Positions 48,901 to 59,818 of a stretch of DNA of 64,000 nucleotides are shown here, piece after piece (position 1 is the stretch's first letter; the number at the start of each line of letters is the position of its first letter). A model generated the notes under the pieces. It did no database searches. It worked only from the letters and a program-made list of their open reading frames with translations, and had not been told where the DNA came from. The translations under genes and the position numbers were made by a program. The DNA comes from Octopus sinensis (lineage: Eukaryota), in assembly GCF_006345805.1 (NCBI RefSeq), contig NC_043002.1:34844001-34908000 (forward strand), written 5' to 3'.

Positions 48901-49872
48901 GGCATGGGCTGGACAGTTTGACCGGAGCTGATAAGGCGAGGGGCCAGACTTGGTTCCATTGTCTGTTCTAGCATGATTTCAATAGCTGGATGCTCTTCCT
49001 AATGCCAACCACTCCATAGAATGAAGGGGATGTTTTTATGTGACAACAGCACCAGTGGCATGGTTTCTACAGCTGGATGCCCTTTCTAACATCAACTACT
49101 CCACAGAGTCTAATGGGTGCTTTTCATGTGGCACAAGTGCTACATATGTGTATGTGTGTGTTTGCTTACATGTCTTTTCACACAATTTTCACTTCGGTAG
49201 CAATATTATTTGTTTATGTCTAATATAAACAATATGTTTGATAGCTAGGTAAATCTGACATGCTGGCGTCATGAAAAGCATTTGGTCAAGATGCATTCAA
49301 CCCATACCTGCACAGAAAAAGCAGACGTAAAAATGATAATGTTGATAAAACGTAACCATTTTAGACAACAATTAGACTGGATATCACTTCTGTCAACCTC
49401 CTCTAACTTTGTGATAGTTGATAAGGGACAATTGTTATCTTGCAAAGAGAGACATGGCCTAACTTTACTGCAGGTACCATTAACTTTTACAGCCAGGCTG
49501 GACAATAAACTGAATTGATCATATATTGTTTAGATCAAGCCCGCCACACCTTTAAAGTCGCTACTATCTGCTCAATTAGGAGTTATTTAAGGCTATTTAA
49601 TGTAAAGATCAATGAGATTACCTTTTGCCAAAAGTGATTGATCACTTCCCCCAAGGTCTCTGGAAATGGTAAAGCTGCCATTAGTTCGGCAACATGTTCT
49701 TCCCTTTCTGATGGTGTTTTGCTGGCAGGAGTGGCAGTAGCTGAGTAGCCACTGCGGTAAGCTTGGCAAACTGGACATTCTTTTATGTAATTGCGGACAG
49801 TTTCAATGGTTTTAGCCAAATAATAATGGTCGCTAAATTCCTTCAATGTCTTGTCATATGTTCTGTGGTTTC
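32448..49872 (-). CDS. GIN1/Ginger-type integrase-derived protein with 3 H2C2 modules, AT-hook-like motifs and 6 C2H2 zinc fingers; 13 exons, 5'-partial
   Basis: Exons (minus) 49872-49622, 48108-47939, 47198-47068, 46541-46388, 46283-45578, 44183-43958, 42880-42699, 41518-41254, 38860-38661, 37656-36786, 35060-34940, 33559-33345, 32947-32448. All GT-AG and phase-consistent; 3992 nt with no internal stop, at least 1330 aa. Confidence 0.9.
33345..33559 (-). CDS. Exon: fingers 3, 4 and start of 5
   Basis: CSVCGKGF...[13 protein letters not shown]...[14 protein letters not shown]. Confidence 0.93.
34310..34790 (-). mobile_element. Degenerate RTE LINE 3' fragment
   Basis: Similar to the RT C-terminus and 3' end of the RTE at 52666-53975. 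Confidence 0.6.
34940..35060 (-). CDS. Exon: end of finger 1 and finger 2
   Basis: [40 protein letters not shown]. Confidence 0.93.
36310..36456 (+). mobile_element. RTE 3'-end-derived repeat
   Basis: TTAGGAAGGGCATCCAGCTGTAGAAAC...GGACGTTAAACGATGATGAT. Confidence 0.85.
36786..37656 (-). CDS. Exon: long acidic linker and start of C2H2 finger 1
   Basis: Open 871 nt ending [25 protein letters not shown]. Confidence 0.9.
38371..38603 (+). mobile_element. Intact tRNA-related SINE with 11-bp target-site duplication
   Basis: TSD GGTATAACACA at 38360-38370 and 38604-38614; B-box-like GAGTTCAAATTCC; A-rich tail. Confidence 0.9.
38661..38860 (-). CDS. Exon: H2C2 module 3, second half
   Basis: [34 protein letters not shown]. 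Confidence 0.88.
41254..41518 (-). CDS. Exon: H2C2 module 3, first half
   Basis: [10 protein letters not shown]...[18 protein letters not shown]. Confidence 0.88.
42160..42461 (+). mobile_element. RTE 3'-end-derived repeat
   Basis: Two GTGGCACGTAAAAAGCACC repeats and a (GAT)n tail. Confidence 0.88.
42699..42880 (-). CDS. Exon: H2C2 module 2, second half
   Basis: [35 protein letters not shown]. Confidence 0.9.
43721..43942 (+). mobile_element. piggyBac-derived MITE with the same termini as the 6721-7796 element
   Basis: TTAA at 43717-43720 and 43943-43946; right end GAAATATGGTAACAAAAGGG versus GAAATATAGTAACGAAAGGG. Confidence 0.8.
43958..44183 (-). CDS. Exon: H2C2 module 2, first half
   Basis: YIEQKRYP...[20 protein letters not shown]...[17 protein letters not shown]. 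Confidence 0.9.
45578..46283 (-). CDS. Exon: disordered region with poly-Thr/Asn, AT-hook-like motifs and a basic NLS-like stretch
   Basis: EPCLP...TTTTTTATTTTTTTTTTTTNNNNN...PQRGRPP...RRGRKK...KKGNKRKKR. Confidence 0.88.
46388..46541 (-). CDS. Exon: integrase core C-terminal helices (not in the supplied ORF track)
   Basis: [34 protein letters not shown]...[10 protein letters not shown]; needed to restore phase between its neighbours. Confidence 0.85.
47068..47198 (-). CDS. Exon: integrase core, degenerate second Asp region
   Basis: [15 protein letters not shown]; poly-T acceptor, GTATGT donor. Confidence 0.85.
47939..48108 (-). CDS. Exon: integrase core, first Asp region
   Basis: AEVDIIGP...[14 protein letters not shown]. 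Confidence 0.9.
48131..48359 (-). mobile_element. TTAA MITE, same family as 10839-11134
   Basis: TTAACTCTTTATCATTTAAA...CTGAATGCTAAAGGTTAA. Confidence 0.8.
49622..49872 (-). CDS. Exon: integrase H2C2 module 1, second half
   Basis: [37 protein letters not shown]...HFWQK. Confidence 0.88.
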
Positions 49873-50426
49873 CTGTCAAAGAAAGTACAAAAAATTCCAT
49901 TAATAATGAATTAGCGAATGATGATTATGATGAAAATAATGACAAAGAGGTGGAGGAGAGCAATAAAAAGCAAATGCCATAAGTCAGACTTCCCATCAAG
50001 CAATGGGAATAACATCAACTGTTGTTAGATTGCAGAGGGCTTACAACTTCAGTAAACCTATCACTGTTAATAGATAATACTTTTACCGAGTTGAAGCTAT
50101 TGAAAGGATACCTGGAGAACATTGTTATAATTTCAGTTCCCATCAGAACTGACTTAGTCATTTATCCTCTTTAAGTAACTAAAGCAATTTACAGAAATGC
50201 ACTGGGGGTTATTTAAGAAATACTCTAAGTCTCTATGCTGCTCAACAAAGACAACACACACAGCATCACATTTATTTTCTCACACTATCATATCAATACA
50301 CAAATTTATAGGTGGGTTTTTCCTCGAGCAGGTAGATAAAGATTAAAGTTAAAATGAAAAGGCAAACCATTTGGCATCACTTGAAAAGACATTTAATTTA
50401 GATCAAGAATATAGATATACAATCTT

Positions 50427-50666
50427 TTACAGCTGTTTCAAGAAGAGTCGAACGTGTAGATCATATTGAGTAAGGATTCCATAGGTTGAGTACTCTGTCT
50501 TCAGAGAGGGAGAAGTCAGAGAGATGTTAAGTCCCCAATCGAGGATATTAGTGTATTCCAGTTTGTCAAGAATGAAGGAAGGGTCAGAGTAAAATAGGAA
50601 TGCATTAGATAGATCCATGATCAAATGAAAATTACGGTTATAAGTAACATCCAATAGTGGCTTCAA
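50427..50666 (-). mobile_element. Possible LINE RT remnant
   Basis: IMDLSNAF...FILDKLE resembles the LDLSKAFD...LLxKL RT motif. Confidence 0.4.
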
Positions 50667-50937
50667 GTGAGAATGTTCAATGATAATTCATGGCGAGGAT
50701 TAGTGAAAGTTACCAGTTCCAGTTTTGAATGGAACTGTTAGTGTATTATTTCACCTATTGTTAAAGCTCCACAGTCAGGCAGGGATTTTGGATCCTACTG
50801 TGCCACACCAGTACATGCTGTCACATACTAGCAGTCAAATCATTACCAGGAAGAATAAAAGGCGAAATTGACTTACACAAGATTTGAACTCAATGTGAAG
50901 ATCTAGACAAAAGACAGGAAAGAAAGCTAAACATAAT

Positions 50938-51310
50938 AGGCACAGGAGTGGCTGTGTGGTAAGTAGCTTCCTTACCAACCACATGGTTCCAGGTTCAGTC
51001 TCACTGCATGACACCTTGGGCAAGTGTCTTTTACTATAGCCTCAGGCTGACCAAAGCCTTCTGAGTGGATTTGGTAGACGGAAACTGAAAGAAGCCCTTA
51101 GGGTGTGTGTTTGTCTCCCCCCCCACCCACCCACACACCATTTCTTGACAACCGATGTTGGTGCATTTATGTCCCCGTAACTTAGCAGTTCAGCAAAAGA
51201 GACCGATAGAATAAGAACTAGGCTTACAAAGAATAAGTCCTGGGACTGATTTGTTCGACTAAAGGCGGTGCTCCAGCATGGTCGCAGTCAAATGACTGAA
51301 AAGAATATAA
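50938..51310 (+). mobile_element. tRNA-derived SINE
   Basis: A-box TGGCTGTGTGG, B-box GGTTCAGTC, conserved tail. Confidence 0.88.
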
Positions 51311-51738
51311 GTATAGCTAGAGTTACTATAAGTAGTCCATTTAGATGACAGAAAGCCAGTATTAGTGCACAAAGACATCAGCTGCATTACAGATGATGCC
51401 AATCTCTCCACAACAAACATCCTAAATGATTGGACAGTGGAGGGAGTGCAACATGTCCAGATACCACTACACCTCAAATGATCACTGCATGTCGGAGTGA
51501 ATAGATGGAGTAAGCCTAGAAAAATAGATCTAATATATATATATATATATATATGAAGCCTCCTAACATACACACACATGGCCAGTCAGAGAGTGACCAG
51601 TGGTTTCACAAGCAACTTTAAATAATTACATTATTGCTCTAATGTTTTAGAGTGTGCTTTTTTTTCAGATTTTAGGTTTTTGAACAACTGCTTTTTTATT
51701 TATTTATATTTATATTATATATATATATATATATATAT

Positions 51739-51896
51739 AGGAGTGGCTGTGTGGTAAGTAGCTTGCTTACGAACCACATGGTTCCTGGTTCAGTCCCACT
51801 GTGTGGCACCTTAGGCAAGTGTCTTCTACTATAGCCTCGGGCTGACCAAAGCTTTATGAGTGGATTTGGTAGACGGAAACTGAAAGAAGCCTGTTG

Positions 51897-51927
<31 letters not shown>

Positions 51928-52147
51928 ATATGTTTGTGTGTCTGTATTTGTCCCGCCAACATTGCTTGACAACCAATGCTGGTGTGTTTACGTCACTGTA
52001 AACTTAGCGGTTCAGCAAAAAGAGACCAATAGAATAAGTACTAGGCTTACAAAGAATAAGTCCTGGGGTCGATTTGCTTGACTAAAGGCGGTGCTCCAGC
52101 ATGGCCACAGTCAAATGACTGAAACAAATAAAAGAGTAAAAAGAGTA
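51739..52147 (+). mobile_element. tRNA-derived SINE
   Basis: A-box, B-box GGTTCAGTCCC, internal (TA)n, tail GGCGGTGCTCCAGCATGGCCACAGTCAAATGACTGAAAC. Confidence 0.9.
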
Positions 52148-52665
52148 TATATATGCACACACAATCATCATTAAGTGTGACTAAGGTGCTAATGCACCTA
52201 CATTGCCTGTTAGCATGTGTGTATGCATATCCGTGCTCTTCCTACAGCATTAAGAATATTTTAATCCTTATTTCTAGCAATGTGTCAGCATCCTTAGTCA
52301 CATTTAGTGATGATTGAATTTTTCCTTTATGGTACCACATTGCACCTAGCTGTTTATATTAAATTTATATATATCATCATCAACATCACTGCTCCATATA
52401 TATATATGGCTGATCATCTATATACCATGGGTTTGCAAAATCAAAACTGACCCAGTGCTGCACAACTATACTAATAATTGTACTTTTACTATATGTGGCT
52501 CACAAACAAGTCAATGAGAGAGCTTCTATGTCAGCATAACATGGACAGAGCTAATGTCCTATTTTCTTATTTTCAGTACCAGCTGTTCAATTTTCTCATT
52601 AGTGTTTCCATAATATCACAGAAAGAGACATTTTAAATATATATATATATATATACATGTATATA

Positions 52666-53975
52666 TCATCATCATCGTTTAATGTCTGTTTTCCATGCTA
52701 GCATGGGTTGGACGGTTTGACCGGGGTCTGGGAAGCCAGGAGGCTGCACCAGGCTCCAGTCTGATCTGGATGCCCTTCCTAACGCCAACGACTCCGTGAG
52801 TGTAGTGGGTGCTTTTTACATGCCACTGGCACAGGTGCCGGGGGAGGCTGGCAACGGCCACAATCAGTTGGTGCTTTTTACGTGCCACCAGCACGGAAGC
52901 CAGTCAAGGCAGTGCTGGTACTGGCCACGTTCGGATGGTGCTTTTTACGTGCCACCAGCACAGGTATCACAACTACAATTTCCATTTGATTTTTATTTGA
53001 TGTTGATGTACTTGACTCAATAGGTCTCCTCAAGCACAGCAGGTTGCCCTACAATCCAAGGTAAGCACAGCAGGTCGTTCTGCGATCCAAGGTACTTTGG
53101 ATGGGCTGGTGCTGCTATGTGAAGCTGGTGCAGGAAACAGCCATGAACTCACGTTGTTGGGTCTTCGCAGTCACAGCATATCTCCAGAGGTCTTGGTCTT
53201 TCGCCATTGCCTCTGTGAGGCCCAACGTTCGAAGGTCATGCTTGACCACCTCATCCCATGTCTTCCTGGGTCTACCTCTATCCCGGATTCCTTCAACTGT
53301 TTGGGAGTGGCACTTCTTCACACATCTCTCCTCATCCATCCGTAGTACATGACCATACTAGCGCAAACGTCTCTCTTGCATGCCACATCCAGTGCTTCTT
53401 ACGTCCAGCATTTCTCTCAGGGTGCTTACACTCTGTTGTGAGTGCACACTGACATTACACATCCAGTGGATCATGCTAGCTTCATTTCTTTCAATCCTAT
53501 GCATGTCCCCTGCAGTCACAGACCATGTTTCAGCGCAAGTCCTCTCTTGCATGCCACCATCCAGTGCTTCTTACGTCCAGCACTTTCTCTCAGGGTGCTA
53601 TCACTTCTGTTGTGAGTGCACACTGACATTACACATCCGTGGGCATGCTTAGCTTCAACATTTCTCTGTTCAATCCTAATGCATGTCCCCTGCAGTCACA
53701 GACCTATGTTTCACTACCGTGACTCGTTGCAGTTCGCACATGTGCGTCGTACAATCTACCTTTCACTCTGAGCGAGAGACCCTTTGTCAGCAGTAGGGGT
53801 AGAAGCTTTCTAAACTTTGCCTAGGCTATTTGTATTCTGGTGGTGACACTGAGCATACACCTCCACTACTAACTTGGTCACCTAGGTAGCGAAAACTATC
53901 AACTACTTCTAGTTTCCACCACTAGAGTGTGATGGAATCTGTTTTCTGAGTATCTGTGGTGTCTATTGCCCCCCT
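52666..53975 (-). mobile_element. 5'-truncated RTE-clade LINE: RT C-terminus, 3' UTR and (GAT)n tail
   Basis: KLEVVDSFRYLGDQVSSG, MHRIERNEASMIHWMCNV, VEGIRDRGRPRKTWDEVVKHDL..LWRYAV; 172-bp internal duplication. Confidence 0.9.
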
Positions 53976-54421
53976 ATATATATACACACACACACAGTAT
54001 AGTTGCTGGATATGGCCAGTCATTAGTTTCACACCTATAATGATGTTCAGAATGGTAAAGGTGACTCGTCAGACTCATTGGCCAGAGGCACGCAACCTCT
54101 CTATAATATGAGGTAGGAATAGTCTCAGTCAGCTAGGGTTGTAAAAAACCCCACAAAACAAAATTCTAGTGAATGACAGCTCTTCTGGACAGGAATTAAC
54201 TCCCTTTGACTGGTTACAGTGCATAGGGGAATTCCGTGTTTGCAACACAATTTTCTTCTGACGAGGGCACTACTTACACAGCTCACATTTGGAGTTTAAG
54301 AAGGCCATTGGGTCAAGCAAATTCTTTAGGAACCTTGCCCTGTCAGCCAAGCAAAGTTTACATCATCCACTCCCATTAAAATAGAGCCCAGGTTGTTCTG
54401 AGAGCTTGCATTTAATTTTCT

Positions 54422-54570
54422 CATGGAGTGGTTGGCGTTAGGAAGGGCATCCAGCTGTAGAAACACTGCCAGATCAGACTGGGCCTGGTGCAGCCTACTG
54501 GCTTCCCAGACCCCAGTTGAACCGTCCAACCCATGCTAGCATGGAAAGCGGACGTTAAACGATGATGATA
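54422..54570 (+). mobile_element. RTE 3'-end-derived repeat
   Basis: Nearly identical to 42308-42461. Confidence 0.88.
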
Positions 54571-55263
54571 CTCTCCTTTTGTAAATGCTATACAACGCTG
54601 GTCAAGGACATAACATTGTGCCTCAATGGGATCCTAAAAGAGGACCTGTGATTGTTTAGACATCACTTGAATTACACAGAATGGCCGAATGGTTAAGAAG
54701 TTTGCTTTGAAACTACAAGGTACCAGGGTCCAACACCACATACATGAGCAATTGTCTCCTTCTATAACTTTGACTTCCCCATCCCTTGTGAGTGAAACTC
54801 AATAGACAGAAACAGTACAGAAGTCTTTCAGATAGATTGTAACTGTACACTTTTGTCACACATTCTATGTCACATTGATTCTGTCTGAAAAGCACATTAA
54901 GGATATGCATATCTGTGGAATACTCAGCCACTTATATGTTAATTCAAAGAGTAGATAATCTAGTTGATCAAGTAACAGAACACTCATTGCTAAAGCTGTG
55001 AGGGAACAAACCATCCATCCATTCACATATTTATACTAGTCTCCATCTACTAAATTCTATCCACAGGGCATTGGAGGTTTAGTGCTGCAAAGTAGGACTG
55101 AACCCAAAGCTATGTTGTTGTAATACAAACTTCTTAACCACATAACTATGCTACTTATTACACAGTGGTACCTTGCACCCCAAACTGTCATCTACTATAA
55201 TTTAACTTGTCATTAGTTAAACAAATTATTAAACCTTGAGAAATTTCTGCGAAATATTTTAAA

Positions 55264-55925
55264 TCTTTAATAAATGCCAAAATGAATTTCTGTGTGTCAC
55301 ACTGACTCCCTCTCTCACTATTCAATGACACTTCCACCCCTCTTGCTGGGGTGAGAGTAATAGTAGGTATAGAGATGGTGATGGCAGTAGCAGACTGACA
55401 GTTGAGATGGTAATGGTGTAATAGTAATAGTAGGAGCTGTATAGTATGATAGAGGTGGAGGCGACACTGATGATGGTGGTGGTGGTAGCTGAGGCGGTCA
55501 AGCATGACGGTGATAGTAAGGGATGTGAAAGACAGAGGTGGTAGAGGGGAAGGCAGCGAAGTCAAAGGTGTTGATGGTAGTGGCGTCAAAAGTCTGAATG
55601 GTGTGTGTATGGCAGTTGTGGTGGTGATGGTAAGGGTACTGGTGAGGGTGATGGTTGAAAACAATTAACAGAAAGAGAGAGAGAAAAAGAAAGAAAGAGG
55701 TTAGAAAGAAAAAAAAAATTGTACTGACCCCTGAATGGAAAGACAAAAAATGTTGCTCATCATGAAGCTTAGCAATAAGTTCCAAGTCGACATATATCAT
55801 TGTTTTGATGAAAATTGTTCATTGCTTGAAAAATATTTGTGAAGTTTAGTAAAATTGAATATGCATGAAATGTCATTATTGGGCTCTAGGCCCAATGAAG
55901 AGCCCTCCACAGGAGCTAGCTTGAA
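55264..55925 (+). mobile_element. Non-autonomous Helitron-like element, copy 2 (terminal stem incomplete)
   Basis: Colinear with 5926-6590; starts A|TC. Confidence 0.75.
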
Positions 55926-56449
55926 ATTACTTTACCTTAACTAAAAAGGCAGTGAAAATATTATGCAGTTTCTCTGTGTAGCTAGTTTCAACCATGCTAT
56001 TATACAAAGACAGCAACAGTTGACATTATCCCAGAATTTACATATTCTCCTCATATATTTTGATTGTTTAATTAAAACTGACTGATGGATGATGAACTAT
56101 ACAGTTTCTGAGCTGTCATAGCTTAAATATACACCATGGTGACTGTCTTTCAAATAGACAGACCTGACAGGTGTTGTGTAAGTAGGGTAGGTTTGGTTGG
56201 CATTTATAATATAGATATGAATTAATGTTAACATATATGTATGTGTAGAGAGCAATAATACTTGGTAGTATATCTGGTGATGGATGTGGAACACAAAGTC
56301 ATGGGTGGTAAGACATATTGATGTCTAAATAAGCCATTCACAATATGAAACCAGATTAATGTCCTGTTTGTAAATGTGTAACTACGTTTATAGCAATACT
56401 AAAACATCAATGGTATTGAAGTTCACAAGCTATTAACACTGCTTTGGTG

Positions 56450-56990
56450 AGCTGACAGAATCATTAGCACACAGGGAAAAATGCTTAGCAGCATTTTGTC
56501 CATCTTTATGTTCTGAGTTCTAATGCTGCCGAGTTCGACTTTGCCTTTCATTCTTTCAGGGGCGATAAGATAAGTACCAGTTGAGCACTGGGGTCAATCT
56601 GATCAATATACCCCTCCCTGAAATTGCTGATCTTGTGCCAAAATTTGAAACTTTTATTATTATGATTCTGATTAATATTGCTGTTGTTATTGTTTTGGAG
56701 GTTTGGCAGAACCACTACATCATCAAGCAAAATACTTTGAGATATTTATTCTATGTCTTTAGAAAAGGCAGCAAAGTGGACAAAATGCTTAACAGTATTT
56801 CATCTGTCTTTATGTTCTAAGCTCAAATTCTGCTGAAGCTGACTTTGCCTTTCATCCTTTTAGTGTTGATAAAAAATTAAAAAAAAAAAAAAAAAAAAAA
56901 AAGCCAGTTGAGTACTGGGGTTGATGTAATCAATTGCCCAACCCCTCAAATTTGCTAGCATTGAGCTATAAGAAAAGATTATTGTTGTTA
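56450..56990 (+). mobile_element. Two adjacent degenerate SINEs (AAGGCGGCGAGCTGGCAG family)
   Basis: TTTGCCTTTCAT(T/C)CTTT...GATAA...ACCAGTTGAG motif occurs twice. Confidence 0.75.
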
Positions 56991-57109
56991 TTGTTACAGA
57001 AGATGGTAGAAAATGGCTGACTGCTGTACAATTCTGTTGTGACCCTTATGTTTTCAGTCCAAATCATTAAAATAAGAAAATCAATAATACCATACTGCAA
57101 AGCTGTTCC

Positions 57110-57420
57110 AATGGCTCTATAGCAGTGTCAAGAGCTACATGTGGATGAATGGGAAGGACTCTAACAGGTTCCCCCCATCAACAGAAGGGTTAGACAGGGT
57201 TATGTGCCTGTCCCTGACTTCTTCAGCTGTGTTATCAATTATCTGATGACCAAGATCTGTAAGCAAGTCTCCAGATGATTCAGCAATTTGATCTACCAGC
57301 CTAGGTATGCACTGACCAGATATTGAGAGGAATTAGCAAAGCTTGGCTTTCAGGTGAGTTGGCCAAAGACCAAACCGATGCATGTTGGTGATAGCCCAGA
57401 CCCTCCTCATCTCTAGAGTT
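57110..57420 (+). mobile_element. RTE-like RT fragment
   Basis: RQGYVPVPDFFSCVINYLM and ELAKLGFQVSWPKTK resemble RTE RT motifs. Confidence 0.65.
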
Positions 57421-57732
57421 CATCATTCACTCATCTCTTTTACTGGATGTTTCCTGTCAAACCAATCCATCAAAGCATGTTAATGGGGCCTTACCAACCC
57501 AACAAATTTTGGTGTACCTTAGTGATCAGTCATGTATTCCACACTCTTTCTTGTATACATTAGTAACCTACTTTCACTTGCTTGACTGCCTTTTTGTATG
57601 ATTCTCTGTTTTGTGTCATGTGTTTACATTCAGTACCTTGCCATCCTTTTCTGCAGTCTCCCAAATCACACTTTTATGGTTTCTAAGATGTATTTACTTG
57701 GTACTGGTGCTTTGCATGTAACTCAGATTCAA

Positions 57733-58130
57733 TTAAGAATGTATTGAATGATAAATAGTAATATCATTGGAATCAGAAAATTCAAGACAGTTTGGGTGTT
57801 GTAACTCAATACAAGAGTTCCAGCTCACTTTGTTCTCATCAAAGTGAGCAGTTTGGTAGTGATGGCAGGTCTTCTTTCTGGCCATAAGAGACAAATCGGT
57901 AATGATCATAGCATGATCAAAGTCACCTGACAGTTCCACAGTAGTGATGCTGATACCAGTTTCAGAAGTAGTGGTAAATAGCAGATCCAAAGTGTTGTTA
58001 CCTGTTGTGGGAGAGGTAACTACTTGGTATCAGTCTGAATCCAGCACTAAATCAAAGAAATCATTTGTATTTTACAGCTAGTGACAGGTTTCCCAATCAA
58101 TTATCTGGGTAACTGAAATCACTAATAATG
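57733..58130 (-). mobile_element. LINE apurinic endonuclease remnant (CR1-like)
   Basis: DFSYPD...YQVVTSPTTGNNTLDLLFT...DHAMI. Confidence 0.7.
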
Positions 58131-58751
58131 AAAATATAGGTGGCTATTTTCCTAGATACAGCTCTGAGAATGTTAAAAAGCTGTGCTGACAGTAGTTCGG
58201 GGAGTGGTGAAGAATACCAAATTGTGCTTGTATGAATGCTGTAGAAAAATACCTTTTGCTGTAACTGGTTCAAATCATCACAAGAAATAGCTGAAAAGTT
58301 TGAGTGAAGCTAGACCATCACCTCCTCCCTACCAAATTATTAAAGAAGCATTTATGAAACAAGTTATGGCCAGTTGCAGAGTAAAAGATTTGCCCATGCT
58401 TCCATAAGTAATGAAATCAGGCTTAATACTTTTACCATAAGAGTCAAAAGGGTGGACTTTGCTGCATAAACTGCAGGTATTTAAAAACAGTAATTTGTAC
58501 TTGGATTTAAGCTTATGATTCATAGGGGATGGTATAGAGTTTTTGTTTAGTTTACCAGGGCTTTTGCATTGCTATCCACTGTTGGCCAGCTCGCATCTCT
58601 TTTTCACATGTCACCTGATTTGGCTAGTTTTCAGATTTGTACATCACCACATAAGCTGAAACATGTAGCACTGAGTCAAGATTCAAAGAGGCTACAATAT
58701 GTAGCTTCAGGTATATACTGGGTGACAAATCAGAACAAGTTTAATACACAA

Positions 58752-59818
58752 TTCAGTTTTCATGCTTAACTTTATCCCTGGCTAATCATATGTGAGTGCC
58801 TTGGTAGAACTCAAAAAGGTCAATCTAACAGGTTTAGATTTGGATCCAGCTCAATCAAAATGAAAAACATTTTTTTTAGAAGAACACAGATGAAGTTGGA
58901 TGAGATGTTGGCATGTGCCCATAGGTCAATCATTTCTTGGACACATAAATAGCCATTACATTATGCTTGGCAGATGCATGGTTTTCTCAATATGCCTGAA
59001 TGAGGCTATAACTGCAGGCAGGTATGTAAACGAGGCATTCCAATGTAATCCCTAATTATGCAATTCTTTCTGGATTTTGCTCTAATATATGTGTTAGTTT
59101 GATATTCAAGTCAGAGAATGATCAGTTGTTGAATTTCCTCAACTCTGTGGATGACCAGTTTTTGCTAAATGGTAGTGGTGGAGAAAGACACACTGCATGA
59201 AGCAATTTGGTAGTTAGATCATTTCCTAGAGCACAACCTAACATTCATTACTAGCCACCACACTCACATAGTACTCTTTCATAGATGACTCAAGTATTCA
59301 GTTTTCATGCCTAAATTCATATGGTGAGTGCTTGGTAGAAATCAAAAAGGTCAAATATACAGGTTTAGATTTGGATCCAGCTCAATCAAAATGAAGAAAA
59401 AACATTTTTTAGAAGAACACAGATGAAGTTGGATGAGATGTTGGCATGTGCCATAGGTCAATCATTTCTTGGACACATAAATAGCCATTACATTATGCTT
59501 GGCAGATGCATGGTTTTCTCAATATGCCTGAATGAGGCTATAACTGCAGGCAGGTATGTAAACGAGGCATTCCAATGTAATCCCTAATTATGCAATTCTT
59601 TCTGGATTTGCTCTAATATATGTGTTAGTTTGATATTCAAGTCAGAGAATGATCAGTTGTTGAATTTCCTCAACTCTGTGGATGACCAGTTTTTGCTAAA
59701 TGGTAGTGGTGGAGAAAGACACACTGCATGAAGCAATTTGGTAGTTAGATCATTTCCTAGAGCACAACCTAACATTCATTACTAGCCACCACACTCACAT
59801 AGTACTCTTTCATAGATG
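58752..59818. repeat. ~545-bp tandem duplication
   Basis: 58752-59288 is repeated at 59297-59818; the differences are mostly small indels. Confidence 0.92.

Noticed and set aside
50103-50114. Perfect U12-like donor CAG|GTATCCTTT on the minus strand, 240 nt upstream of the first integrase-gene exon
   Set aside because: The required phase-1 frame has a stop four codons upstream, and there is no CTTAAC branch site before the 49873 acceptor.
51463-51516. Possible missing upstream exon ending HLRCSG|GTATCT (minus strand)
   Set aside because: It fits the H-x4-G spacing, but is only about 54 nt, has a weak donor and shows no similarity to the first half of the H2C2 module.
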